Positions 1 through 12,395 are shown, counted from the first letter of the stretch. The stretch: DNA of 64,000 nucleotides from Parasitella parasitica NRRL 2501 (GCA_025201805.1 MU619294.1:102072-166071), one strand, 5' to 3'. Made by a program: numbers and translations. The notes: generated by a model not told the origin, from the sequence alone.

Positions 1-282
1 TTTCCCTTCCTCCCGATCACCCTCAAATTAAATTCAAAAACGTAAAATGTCTGTCCTGAAATAAAGGAAAAAAAGCCATATCTCTTATTCATCGCTTCGG
101 GAATGCAACTGCCATTACCATTGCTATCGCCATTCAACTATTACGTTCATCTTTAGGGCTATCGATATACCTTTAAAACCAAACACCCTTTCTAGCCAAC
201 ATGTAAAACCTCTTTTCAAAAATCTCGATTTATGAAGGGGGGTGGGGGTTAATGGAAAATATTCAGATGTCAACAAAACTCA

Positions 283-1594
283 TCAGCTGTTTTTTCGAAT
301 CATATCTGTGGGTAAGAACCTCGTTACTACGTAATCCACTTGCTATAAACAATTATACTATACCAAAGTATGGATGATTCATTGCTTCTTTTGCCGTACA
401 TCGTTCTTGGTGGTCGTATAAAAGTAAATGGTCCAAAAAATCCAGTGCCTCGTTGGAAATATATTTTCGGTTTTCGCTAGTGATGAATTTTTGCCATGGC
501 GTTTTGGTGTATCTGCCCAAAATATCGTGATATTGCTTATCCAACTTGATGCCGTACTTGTCCAGATAAGCGAATAAATCATCTGTTCCCAATACTTTTG
601 CAATTTTAACGAGCTGGTCGTAGTTATCGTGGCCATGAAAGAAAGGTTCTTTTCTAAATATCATGCTTGCTAGCATACATCCATAACTCCACAAATCTAG
701 ACTATAGTCATATTCTTGAAAATCAACCAGTAATTCAGGTCCTTTAAAATATCTTGAAGCAACTCGCACATTATACTCTGTTCCTGGATGGTAAAATTCT
801 GCCAATCCCCAGTCAATTAATCGTAACTACAGTGCACTATGAATGAGTTGTTTGAATTGGCAATATACAATTATACAGTAAATCACCTGTTTCTTTTCAT
901 GATCTATCATCACATTGTGTGGCTTAACATCCCTGTGCATTATGCCTTTTGAATGGCAAAAATCCAAAGCCTACTTTTCTCAGGACATGTGAATGGATTG
1001 ATTTTTTATTCAAGTACTGATAAATCTTACCTTTAACAGTTCAAACATGTAGTATCGAACGTCATAGTCTGTAAACCTTGGATAAAGTATCTTGAAGTCG
1101 GTATTGTTAACGTACTCAAATACCAGTGCTGGTGTTTTAGACTATGAGAGATTTGGCCATCAAATATCCATTCACATCAACGTAAGAAAAAAAAAAGAAA
1201 AATCTACCTGTGGATCTCTAACAATGTCCAACAACTCAATGACATTGACTCCTCCCGCCAAATTTTGCAAGATCTTTATTTCACGTTTGATCTTCTTCTT
1301 TTTTACAGGCTTCAAAACTTTGATGACCACCTTCTCGTCTGTTTTTACATTTATCCCTTCAAACACTTCGGAATATTTCCCGCGCCCCACTTTACGAACA
1401 ATTTCGTAGTTATCTTGCTCTCTATTACATTCATTTAGCTATTCATAATAATACTTTTATTTTTTTTTATCAAATTTTCATTACCCCCATTGCACTTGAA
1501 GAGCATCGTAATCCCAGTAGCTGCTTGGTTGATTTGTATTTGCATCTGCGTAGCATTTAGCTATGCTTTGGTACGCTATATCGGTTGCACCCAT
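283..1594 (-). CDS. CKA1: Casein kinase II catalytic (alpha) subunit, multi-exon
   Basis: Exons give [64 protein letters not shown] at 1594 ([10 protein letters not shown]). Last exon ...DMIRKNS-TGA (283-285) follows an inferred GT-AG intron. Confidence 0.95.
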
Positions 1595-2972
1595 CTTGCC
1601 GCTAGACCCTAGCAAACAAATAAATGAAAAAGAAAAAGAACGAAAAGAAAAGAAAAGCTTTCTTTGTTGAGGATGGTAAACTGCCCACCACAGAAATTTC
1701 CCATAAAAGGTTACTTGTCTTCAATGAGCGCACCAGCCTACATGCTATCAATTCTTTTACACATTTTTCAGTCGATGATTAGCTGATATGGACAATTAAG
1801 AAGACGATGCGATTTGTCATCTAAATGTGGACATTTAGAATCATGGAAAAGTTGGAACCACAAAAAAATATTAATCGAAATCATCCTATTTCTACCATTG
1901 AAAGTCTTATCTAGTTGAACATCTATTTTAAATGTATGTTATCATACATGTACGTAAATATTCTACAAGTGTATTTGTGTTTACAGTTTATTTTGATCTG
2001 GTATCTTTAGAGGTACTGATGGCAAACACAGCAAGAACGGTTTCGTTTTTAGGATATTACATTATCACCATCACATCAAATTTTAGCTCATAATGCTTGT
2101 TAGATCCTTCAGTTTCGAGCTTACCGACAGGGGTATTCCTAAGAGCAAGTTTGGACAAAGCTAGTTAACAACATCATGGGGTGTTCCGTTATCTTGATTA
2201 TAATCGAGTGAAATGATAAAGGCCTCAAAAAACTTGTTTGCATTGAAAGGTGAGGGCAGCAGCAGATCAAACACAAATATAGTGTTATGATCGATCATTT
2301 GATATTTGCAAAAGTCATGTATAATCACGACTCTTTACAATGTACAGTACAATCGCAGCGCGACGATATTTTGACATTGCCCCTCAATTGGGCACATTAG
2401 AGACTTGAATAAATTGATTATTGAGTATCTCAGTTGGGATTGTTTTCCTAAAGGAAAGACATGAGCTTGTCCTGCTTTCAATAAATAAATGTCTCAAATC
2501 TGTGGAGCAGGTGATCATGTATATAAATATCTTTTCCGTATACTTTTTATTTAGTCATTGTGCCCATGCTAAGCATTTTAAATGCTGCGGTATTTTATGA
2601 GGACATATTTGTTCATCCTTTATTTAACGTTATAAAAGACGCACAAATGCATAATTTCCATCAGCTCGGAGCTTTAGCCCAAAAAAGAAGGCGAAGTAAG
2701 GCCACTAACTGGAGATCTTGAATGCCAGAGGGGGGGGTAGTACAATTGCAGAATAAAATGAAAAAATTTTCGTTCTTCGTTTCGTTGTTCTTTCTTTTGT
2801 GTTTATACCATTTTTATTATCAGTTTCAACTATACTTTGGAATTAGGTACAATTCATCTTCAGTAAACTAAAGGCATTTCGTTAAAAGAGAAAACCATCA
2901 AGCGTTTTTCTTTTGTCAAAGCAACTATAAAAAAATAAAAGGATTCTTTTATTTTTTCAACTTATCCAACTT

Positions 2973-3083
2973 ATGCAACACAGCTCTTTACACTTCACTC
3001 CACAGACTCCTAACGTACTTTGCGGCGGTTGTGCATTCTCTTTCGCCATTGCTCAATATCCACAAGACTCTGATCCTGGATAA
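2973..3083 (+). promoter_or_regulatory. Upstream ORF (36 aa, MQHSSLHFTPQTPNVLCGGCAFSFAIAQYPQDSDPG) in the PRL leader; candidate conserved-peptide uORF
   Basis: ATG 2973 in weak context (cttATGc), TAA 3081-3083, 113 nt before the PRL ATG (accATG). It is richer in GC than the flanking A/T tracts and ends in YPxDxDPG. Confidence 0.7.
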
Positions 3084-3196
3084 ACCCAACAATCTCATCT
3101 AATTTTCTCATTTCAACAAACAAATCAAAAGCCTAAAAAACCAACTTACTTTGCTCGACTCCTTCCTTTTTTTCTGCTATTTTTATCACTATTACC

Positions 3197-3901
3197 ATGA
3201 CTCCTCACCAACGCACTAAATCTCCTCTTGGCCGCATGCTCTCTTTTATTGAGCTTCCTTCATCTTCTCTTCGATTTCTTATTCTCGACTGCCCCACTGA
3301 AAGTACTTTACCATTTTATCTCGAAGAATTTGCAAGATACAAGGTGTCTCACGTTGTCCGATGCTGCCAACCCACCTACAGCACAACAAAACTTAATGAT
3401 CAAGGTATCCAAGTCCATGACTTACCTTTTAAAGATGGTGGTATTGTAAGTAAATAACTCTTCGATATCCAACAAACTTGCTAACATTTACATGTCCATT
3501 AGCCACCACCCAATGTTATCAATGATTGGTTATCTCTCATTGATTCAGAGGAACAAAGTGGATTGGAAACTACAATTGCAGTTCATTGTGTTGCAGGCTT
3601 GGGCCGTGCACCTGTTCTTGTAGCAATTGCTCTTATCGAGCTATTCGATATGCAACCTTTGGATGCAGTTGAATTCATTAGAAAAAATAGAAGAGGGGCT
3701 TTTAACAAGCCTCAGATCGCTTACCTTGATACCTACAAATCAACCTTACGCAGAAAAACCAAGAATGCTTCTCTCAAGACCTCCTTTGGTCGCATTTTCT
3801 TTCGTTTTGCTCTGTCCTCTTCACCTCCCTCTACTGCCGTATCACCCAAGAAGCAGCAAGCCGAAGAGGTTACTTCCATTCCACTTAGTAGCTGCGTTTG
3901 A
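3197..3901 (+). CDS. PTP4A: PRL/PTP4A-family protein tyrosine phosphatase, one intron (~3446-3501)
   Basis: RFLILDCPT, VRCCQPTY, LPFKDGG and the PRL-type P-loop HCVAGLGRAP, followed by RRGAFN. Confidence 0.92.
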
Positions 3902-4019
3902 ATGCTCATATATTTTCGTCTGATGGATGAACCCCCTCTCCCTTTTCCTTCTTTTTTAAAATAAAAATTTCCTGAAAATAAAAAAAAATAAAAAAAAAAA
4001 AAAATAAAAGAAAAGAAAA

Positions 4020-4967
4020 ATGCAGAAGAATAAGGATACTATTTCTAATGAAAAGCAACTGACAGAAAGCCAAAAAGAAGCAGGAGCGATGTACGGTAAA
4101 ATAAACATATTTTACAGTATATTTAATTTTTCGGTTGGTTTATAGATTGTACAAGAAACTCTTGTCAGACCGCAATAAAACATTAGATGAACTACAGCAA
4201 ACGCAATCCAACTTACAAAGGAATATACCTAAAATCGTTAAAAAGCCCAATACGCCTCGAGCGGCCATAGTACGTTGTTGAGTGTATCTGATAGACCCAC
4301 AACTATTTAACAGCATCAACAGGCGTTTTCATTATTAGAAGATTTAATTGATGAATGCATTTTTGATGTATTATTTGATGTCCATAGAGACATTAAACAA
4401 GAAAACTCCACCTGTCAAATTTGCCAAACAAAGTAATGACCAATATAATAGCAGCTCTTTTTTTTTATTTATTAATGCGTTGATGATATAGATGCAAGCA
4501 TTACGGTAATTTTAATTTACTTTTTTTAGTCATGCTTCTCGTTTTCACTTACATTGCAGAACTAAAAAAAAAAAAGTTAAAAAACCTGGATTTGATGTAT
4601 GGGGTAAAAGTTATACTGTCAGCAATCTGCCCTCGTATGAATGTGTAAATTGCCAGAAATCTATTGCATCAACTAGATATGCACCTCATTTAGAAAAATG
4701 CTTAGGACTAAGCGGCCGACAATCAAGTAGAGTGGCAAGCAGAAGGATGGGAGCATCTTCTCCTTCATTTTCGTCGGATGACAATAATGCAGGCACTGCG
4801 AGTCCTGATAGTGATGCATACGATCGTAACAATAGTAAAAAGAAAAAGCAGTTTTCGTCTGTAAGTTTATTACTCTCTGATGTTTATTCTTGTTATTCAT
4901 TGTTTTATTGCAGCCCTCATTCTCAAATGGCGTATCGAGAGTAAAGAAGTTGAAGTATATGGAGTAG
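4020..4967 (+). CDS. SGF11: SAGA deubiquitination-module subunit Sgf11, multi-exon
   Basis: Spliced frame: MQKNKD...AFSLLEDLIDECIFDVLFDVHR...CQICQTK/CKHY/VKKPGFDVWG...ECVNCQKSIASTRYAPHLEKCLG (Sgf11 zinc finger)...KYME-TAG. Confidence 0.85.
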
Positions 4968-5049
4968 ATTCATAATCATTTATTATAAATAGGCTTGTTT
5001 TTTGCTGCAAATGATGCTTTTTATTTTTTTTTTTCCTTTAGAATAAAGC

Positions 5050-5590
5050 ATGTTTGCATATATTTTTACACTACTGATCTGTCTAGTGTGTGTTCTGACC
5101 CGCGTCCAAGGCTTTTGTATTTATAATTACTCGAAAGATACAACTTTCCACGTCCGTCAGGAACCATTAAACACAGGAGGCACATATTTCTCGTAATGCT
5201 TGCGTTTGCACAACACACTGACATTTGTACCTAATGACATTTATATAGTCGGTTCCAAGTAAAAAGTCTAGGGCCAGGAGAAAAGGCTTGCTGTCCATAC
5301 ACATCGTTTGATTGTAATCGAAGCGGCGGTGTAGACGATCAGATACAAATAGCTGTAAGCTTTCTTGCTTTTTAAAAATACGTAGATCTAATAGCAATCC
5401 ATTATAGTTTAAGGCATACTGGGCCGGTGATGACACTGATTACACTTATTCAACATATTTGACATCAGGCGGTTGGTTAGAATTCCACAGTGGTGGTCCT
5501 GGGGATCCTGACACTCGTGTATTTAAATCCAATAGAGCGCGATATAACAATGGCTTTAGCCGTACAGCCAAAGGTTTATTTTTGAATTGA
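5050..5590 (+). CDS. Small secreted Cys-containing protein of unknown function, 2 introns; absent from the ORF track
   Basis: Signal-peptide-like start MFAYIFTLLICLVCVLTRVQG, then FCIYNYS...GEKACCPYTSFDC...SGGWLEF...GLFLN-TGA. GT-AG introns at ~5193-5248 and ~5355-5407 keep the frame. Confidence 0.8.
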
Positions 5591-5660
5591 GCAACTTTTT
5601 ATTCCTTATTTAATAAAGTAGTGCGAGCGATAATGGTATACTATTATATCAAACTGGATA

Positions 5661-6587
5661 TTAACGCTGTTCGTATTTACCGTTGTGATCAAACGAGTTG
5701 TTGGGTACATCTAATGTGCGGATAGGCGGTAACCGTATGCCGTCCATCCCGTTGTCATTGTTTCCAGCGGTAGTTGGGGTGCTACTGTTCATGCCAGGTA
5801 CTCTTTTTAATCGCTCAATCCATATTTCAGCTCTTTCCACAGTATCTGAAAATACAGTGGAGACAGAGTTCAACATATTTACGGATTCTTGACCAAACTC
5901 AAGCAATTTGACAGCTGCTTCTTCCTGTTTTGTGTCATTAACGAATGGGCAGGTGCTGGCTGATCTCGGGCCTAACATGGGAGATCCAGCAGGTGAATTA
6001 GTTGTTGATCGGATATCATTCGAAGATGCCTATACGATGGTGAGCATTACATAAACAAACCAAACACAAAGATTTTTTACCCATTTCCCAGGCAAGTTGA
6101 GTATAAATCCTCGGACTGATTGCCTTGATTGTGAAGGTAATGATGCGCCTGCATATTTTGTAATGACTTCGACCACTTTTCTCAATGTTTCGACGATATC
6201 TCTTTTGATGCCTGATAGAACAGATTGATTTTTAATATTACTGTTAACGGTTAATGTAGATGAAGCTGATTTGGTGGTCGCCAAGGAAACAAGATAGCTC
6301 TTCAAAACTGACATTTGTTGCTCAATGTGCTGGATGGCGTATTTCAGCCAACTTAAACAGTACTTGAGGCATTTCATTGAATCCTCGCTAATAACTGCTG
6401 CTGTTGTACCTGCTGCTGATCCAGCGCCCATAACTAATTGTTGCCATCGACTTATAGTAGATGGTGCTGCTGTGCCAGCTGCAGTGGGATGAGGGTGGTG
6501 CGTTGAATAAGGGGCTGGTATTGTCCTTGCAGGGGAGCTGCTGCGTGATGAGGCTTTATGGTTCTTTCTTTGTCTGTAATTATCCAT
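5661..6587 (-). CDS. OPI1: Opi1-family transcriptional regulator
   Basis: SRWQQLVMGAGSAAG...ISEDSMKCLKYCLSWLKYA...IVETLRKVVEVITKYAGASLP...VRGFILNLP, then ESVNMLNSVSTVFSDTVERAEIW. The start at 6587 (MDNYRQ) is uncertain. Confidence 0.8.
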
Positions 6588-7331
6588 AATTGCTTCCAAT
6601 ACGCCTTGTAAAAGAGAAAAGCAAAAAAGAAAAAGAGGGATGTTTAAAAGGAAGCGAAGCAATTGGCTTGACAGATTTTCACGTGAATAAGTAGTTGAAT
6701 AGGTTGTAGCTGTTCTGAGGCTTATATGTGTCCTTCCTTCCTTCCTTTGTTTGCGCACTGATCTCCAGAAAAAACCAAAAAGGGAGCTCATTCAAAATGA
6801 AGGCTGTTATGTTAAGATTTGAAGCGTTCAAAATATTGAAAGAAATCAAATGTATGGTCTTGTCTTGGCTTGAGCATGCTTTTTAGATTAATCACTGTCG
6901 TTAGATCTCACAACAAATATGCAGACCCTGTCTATCACAGATTGCATGTCTTTTGATGAGGTTCCTGCTTGCTTATCTTCGTCAATGGCACTGCCATAGT
7001 TTACAAGTCCTGAGCTAAATACCTCGCACACATGTTACAAATACAGCTTATCTTGTTCATTGTCGCAGTAGGCGCCTTGAACCGTTCTAATATCTCCTTT
7101 GCTATCTTTGATTGTTTCTTTCAATAATGTTGTATCGTTTCCAGAATAGTGCTTTCAGATATTGCTACACTCTATTGCTATAGCTCCCTAAAAATCTAGC
7201 AGAGCTGTGCAATAAAATAGTGTTTACATCTGCTCGTACATTATTATCAGAAGTAAAGATGAAATGCCTAAAATTCAAGCATTGGATTGACACTATTCAA
7301 GGATGATAAGGATATCTTTAATATACGTGAT

Positions 7332-8581
7332 TTATCGATTTATAGAAATGACTCGATCAACAGCAGAAATTACTTCGTCTATGTTTGGTCTAGCATTGGG
7401 ATCAATATTCAACATCCAAGATATCAGATCCTGAAGTTTTTTGGAGTATATATCTTTTTTAGCGCTTGGAAAATTAAACTGTCTGTTTAGCACAGCAAGT
7501 GCCATTGTTCCTCCTTGCTGGTTTATGGTCATTTCAAATGGTGATTCTCCATACGCCATGGTGAACAATGTGCAGCCCAAAGACCAAACATCAACCTTCT
7601 CGGTTAAAGATGTACCCGATTTTACGTCAAACAACTCAGGCGCTCTATAAGGCATTGAACAGTTCTCGGCAGCATCGTCTTGCTGTTTCATTGCTGTTTG
7701 TCTATCTGTAATTTCAATTTGTGCTGGCCTTGCTGATCCGAAATCCATCAAGATGGGTGTTCTTCCATCATCTGAGAGCAGTATATTTCTATAAAAAAAA
7801 GGGGGTATGAATAGATCCAACTTTTTTGAAACATATTTTATTCTTACGCAGGTTTGATGTCTCGATGCGCCCATGGTATACTGACGCCTACTCTGTTTTT
7901 ATAGGTTGCCAACACTTTAACACTTGTGCAAATATCTCGAAATAGCGCCAGCATCTGCTTCTCTGGGATAGTTATTCCTTGCTGGTTGCATTTATCAATT
8001 AGATCTTGAATATTACCCCTCTGTATCCAAGATTTTATGAATACTCTTTCACTGAATAATTACTATAATTTACCTTGTAAAATGGCATGATAATATAAAT
8101 AGTTTTACTGCCGTCTTTTTCTTTGATCATACACATATCCTGGTATCAAAATCATTTAATAGGTAAAATATTTCAGAGAAGGTAGGAAACAGTATTGTTT
8201 TTTATGCTACCTCAATTTTGATGATATTTTTGTGTTGCAGGCGGTCTGTAATGATAGCTTCTTTAACTGCTTTTTCAGCGACTTCTTTGCCCATTTTACA
8301 ACATATTTTTTTGACGGCAAATAGCTGTTTATTATCATCTTCTGCCAAGTAAACGATTGAGAACCCTCTACAAATCAATAGATTAAATGTAAGAAACATT
8401 CATTTTCTCTGCAAGACAGACTCTCTACTTTTTACCCTTCGCCCAATAATTTTGTAATTCTAAAGCTTCTACCATTTGCCGTTATAACTGTATTTAAAGA
8501 TTCCTGCGTGATAATAGAAGTGTCTACAACAGATTCGACGACACTGTTAAGGGATCCTACTAAATTGGCGAAAAAAGACAT
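7332..8581 (-). CDS. ENV7: NAK-family Ser/Thr kinase (Env7/STK16-like), multi-exon
   Basis: LLGEG/GFSIVYL, FAVKKI, HRDIKP, ILMDFGSA, CSMPYRAPELF, VDVWSLGC. Confidence 0.88.
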
Positions 8582-10263
8582 ATCTTCTTTTTGTATATGA
8601 AGTTAATAAAAGGCGGAAAATGCGCCGAACGAAGTTTAAAAAGCATTATTTCTCATCATGTAATATTTTCGCTGCGATTGCAAACTTTATAGATATCACA
8701 TAAGAATTAATTGAGAGTAGTATGTATGTATTCATCATGTTTGTTTGATATTCTACTATAGTGTAAAGTCCTGTTTGGTATCCTACATCTTTACCTTCAT
8801 TATTATTTAAAACAAACTATCACGTGATAAATTATTCCCCAATTCTTTTATTCATTTTGAAATTTATAAATATCGATGATCACCTTCGCGTTGACAGGAA
8901 AAAGTAAGAAAAATCAAAAAACATAACAGTATTTGATAAATAGATATTACCAATATATCCATGACAAAATTGTTTAGAATAACGAAATATAGACAGAAAA
9001 AATACAACTAGAACTGAATATATTTATTTAGCTAATCCAAGATTGTATGAGGATTTTAACTAGTGTATGTTTCGAAGATATTCATAGCTATTTGGTAGTG
9101 CCGCAGAAATAAGACCTTGATTGTATGAGTGATAATTGGGTGCACTTGTGCCGCTTTTTGCCTAGTAACTGGAGGTTGAATCTCATCCTAGTTCCTACAT
9201 TGACGCTGACACATTCAAATGGAATTGAGTATAAAGACTTTTAGATACCAGGACCAGAGCAATCCTGGCATCTTTTTTTTTATCATTAATAAAGACCCCT
9301 CGTTCTCCGTGATATAATCGCTTGTAGTCTCTTTATTTAATTGTCTTTGGAAATAATCGTTATTCATATCGAAATAACTCTCAAGAATGAAGGATAATTG
9401 GATACTCTTTGTTCCAAAAAGGCATGAGATCAAGCAATTATTAGATTGATGATTCTTTGTATACAAAGTCAAGCATAAGCTATTGATATATAATATAAAA
9501 TGTAATGAACTTGGTATTACTGTACATATTACCAAGTTTAATATTTAACCACAATGACGACAATTAGTGCTATAAAAGACATAAGCTAGTATTAAAGATG
9601 GTCTTCTTGTCTATAAAGTCATTAGTTCTTTGTGTCTGATTCTATCTTTGTGAAGTTATACATTTTTTGAACAGATTATATTTATATATTATCCTTTACG
9701 CACAACAATACTTGTCGAAACAGGAGAGCAAAATCTGTTTCAAATCAAGAAGGTCGTCTGTAACACAGGTCTGTGTGATTGACAAACAATAAGGTACTAT
9801 CAGATCAAAGATGATTAACCTTGTAGTATAATAATACATCGTACCCTTTCAAGGACGATGACATCACTTGCAAATTTATCTTATCGATTAGTATTTTGAT
9901 TAAGTCACCAAAAATTTATGTTGCAAAGTCGAATCTTTTATAAGTAATCACAAGTTTTTGTATCTCGTTAATTCAAGGTTTTATTTTATACATTTCTTAT
10001 TTTCGATCTTGCAGATCTCAACAACAGTAGCCTTTATATGGATACAACAATAGCCTCTAGAATCAATTTACAATTATCAGTATAAATATAACATGTATTT
10101 CATTTAATAAAATATTATCATTACCCTGATAATCAAAGTCTCTTATAACGTCTCTTATTCAGCACTCATCCAAACACTATTTTAATATATATCACGTGAT
10201 TTTTCTCTGTAGTATATTTTGAAGTATCTTATATATGTATTTACTTTTACAGAAATCAAAAAA

Positions 10264-10337
10264 GCTTCCGTGGCGCAATTGGCTAGCGCGTCTGACTGTT
10301 AATCAGGAGGTTGGTGGTTCAAGCCCACCCGGGAGCG
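10264..10337 (+). tRNA. tRNA-Asn (GTT), intronless
   Basis: Acceptor stem GCTTCCG/CGGGAGC, D-arm TGGCGCAATTGGCTAGCGCG, anticodon loop CT-GTT-AA, T-loop GGTTCAAGC, then an oligo-T Pol III terminator. Confidence 0.97.
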
Positions 10338-11599
10338 TTTTTTTATTAAATGTTGATTTTAGTGAGACGTTGTTAGGTGGCCACAGATTTTGCATGCAAA
10401 GTATTTAAACTTGTTAGACACGAAGGTATTGATTAATAAGAAGCTTGTATATCTATGATTTGTCAAAATTTTCCTAATGGCGGGGGTCGCAGTCAAACTC
10501 TCAAGTAAACACAATCCAGGAACATATCTCAGAAGTAGATTAACATTTCCATGGATGAACAGTAGTAGATACAATCTATCGTTCCATTCTCTAAAACTCA
10601 TACCATGTCTACTCACACTCTTCCAACTTATTATCCTTCCATCAGTTCATTTATAAGTGTAAATTCACTCTTTTATAAACCATCAGTTTTTAATGTAATG
10701 CACGAGATCTCTACCTGTTTAATTTGCAACCGTTCTTTTTTTTTGAATAATTTCTCATCCTGATAAATCAAATACCGGCGAATCAGCCTGAGAAGTTGTA
10801 GTGATAGAAAGCAAGGTTGAAGCGGATTTTATATGGAATCAACAACAATGAAAGAGGTTGCAATAAATTCAAATTAACTCGTATATAATATCTCTTACAT
10901 CGTCCAAGCTATTGTTACAACTATAGAGTAGTTGAGTGTACTTCTAGTAGATAGAGTTCCGTCAACTCTTACAGAAAAAAAAAGTAATCTGTACAGTAGA
11001 AGACTTGCCAATGACAAAATAACTCTCATGAAATGATACTGTTTATCGTCATATTTATTATTTTATTAAATCCTCTTCTACAATTTAAGCCTAAAAAGAA
11101 CTAAAAGAAGTAAAGTTTATGTGAACAATTACACTCCTAATGTTCGAACCAAAAAAAAAAAAAAAAGAGCCAGAGATACACGAGATACGAAAACTTTATG
11201 ATACTTTATTTAAATCGAAATTGCATCTGCTATTTACACCTTTTACAACCACATAAATTTATGGTGACTCATTTAGATTACTAAATGACAGTGTTATATC
11301 AGAAACATGGCAAGATTTCACATCAGGTTCCCAGACCACTTCTAGGGTCTTAAAGTAGATCATGGGTAGTCATGATTTACATTATGCAGTAGACAATAGA
11401 ACCATAATGTAATGAATGCGTATATAATATATAGAGAGGCGTATTATGAATAAAAGCGTAATCGCCATGGCCAACTTGTGTGATAAAATCCTAACTAATG
11501 GTGACGCTTTAGCAACTAAACGTCTAAAATATGCACCAGTGATTAGATTTTACACTTCTATTTTAAAAAATAAAAGAACACATTTATTATTCCTAAAGC

Positions 11600-12395
11600 A
11601 GATCACCTAATTTACCATTATTCGAAGCCATGTTTGTAGCAAATGCAGTTGATGGCGAGATTACATAAAACCAATTCGACGACTCAATATTTCTATTGAG
11701 CAGGTCTGTCTTTTGCAACAATCCAACAACAAAAACAATATCGGCAACGTCAACCACTACAAACTTTTTCGTTTCATATTCTCGGAACGGTTGGACCATT
11801 GGTATACGGTGATGGTTGGTGGTGTTTCATCACTTCAACAATCGCGTACAAGCTGCCACATGATATTCCATTCTTAATAGCAAGCTGGATATCATACTCA
11901 AAGTAGAAATGGACCTTGCCAACAAACCAGTGTGGCACTGATTGTACGCAGTGATTGAGCCTATCAATAGTTGTTACGTGTTAATTTTCATCATCATCAT
12001 GGTAAAAATATACATACCTTTTCTTGACGATTGACTCAAACATAATATGTTCACCTCCTCTAGCACTGGACCCTGAATTTGCTTTGAAAAACAACGATGC
12101 CAAGACATGACCATCACTCCAAAGTTTAGCAGCAGGCGTCAGCAGTTTTTCCAAGTTCAAAGGTTCTGAATGGGTTTTGCTGATACCCAAGAAACGCCTC
12201 TTGTATGCTGATAACGCTAGAACAAATTTATCTACGGGTACCAAGCCTTCTATCAGCAAGAAAGCTCAATCGTTAGCAGAAGAAAAATCCAGAACAACAA
12301 GAGACGAGAATGATTCCAAAGCTGAGGGTGCCGTTTCTAACAGCCAGGAATCAATCATGCCAATTGTTTCAATCTTGTTTGAGGAACCGCAATAA
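11600..12395 (+). pseudogene. Possible highly degraded gag-like ORF1 of a LINE retrotransposon
   Basis: Broken frames give IRRLNIS, HWYTGDGW, KLPHDIPF, VRSD(C) and CYV(C)N...H, reminiscent of the zinc-knuckle ORF1 of Mucorales LINEs. Many stops and frameshifts. Confidence 0.25.

Noticed and set aside
1990-2200. Coding-looking minus-strand stretch (LSKLALRNTPVGKLETEGS...) between CK2 and PRL
   Set aside because: Interrupted by stops, with no start, splice structure or recognisable family.
8700-10250. Short ORFs in AT-rich intergenic DNA (e.g. 9215-9535)
   Set aside because: No motifs or coherent exon structure; possibly decayed repeats but unidentifiable.
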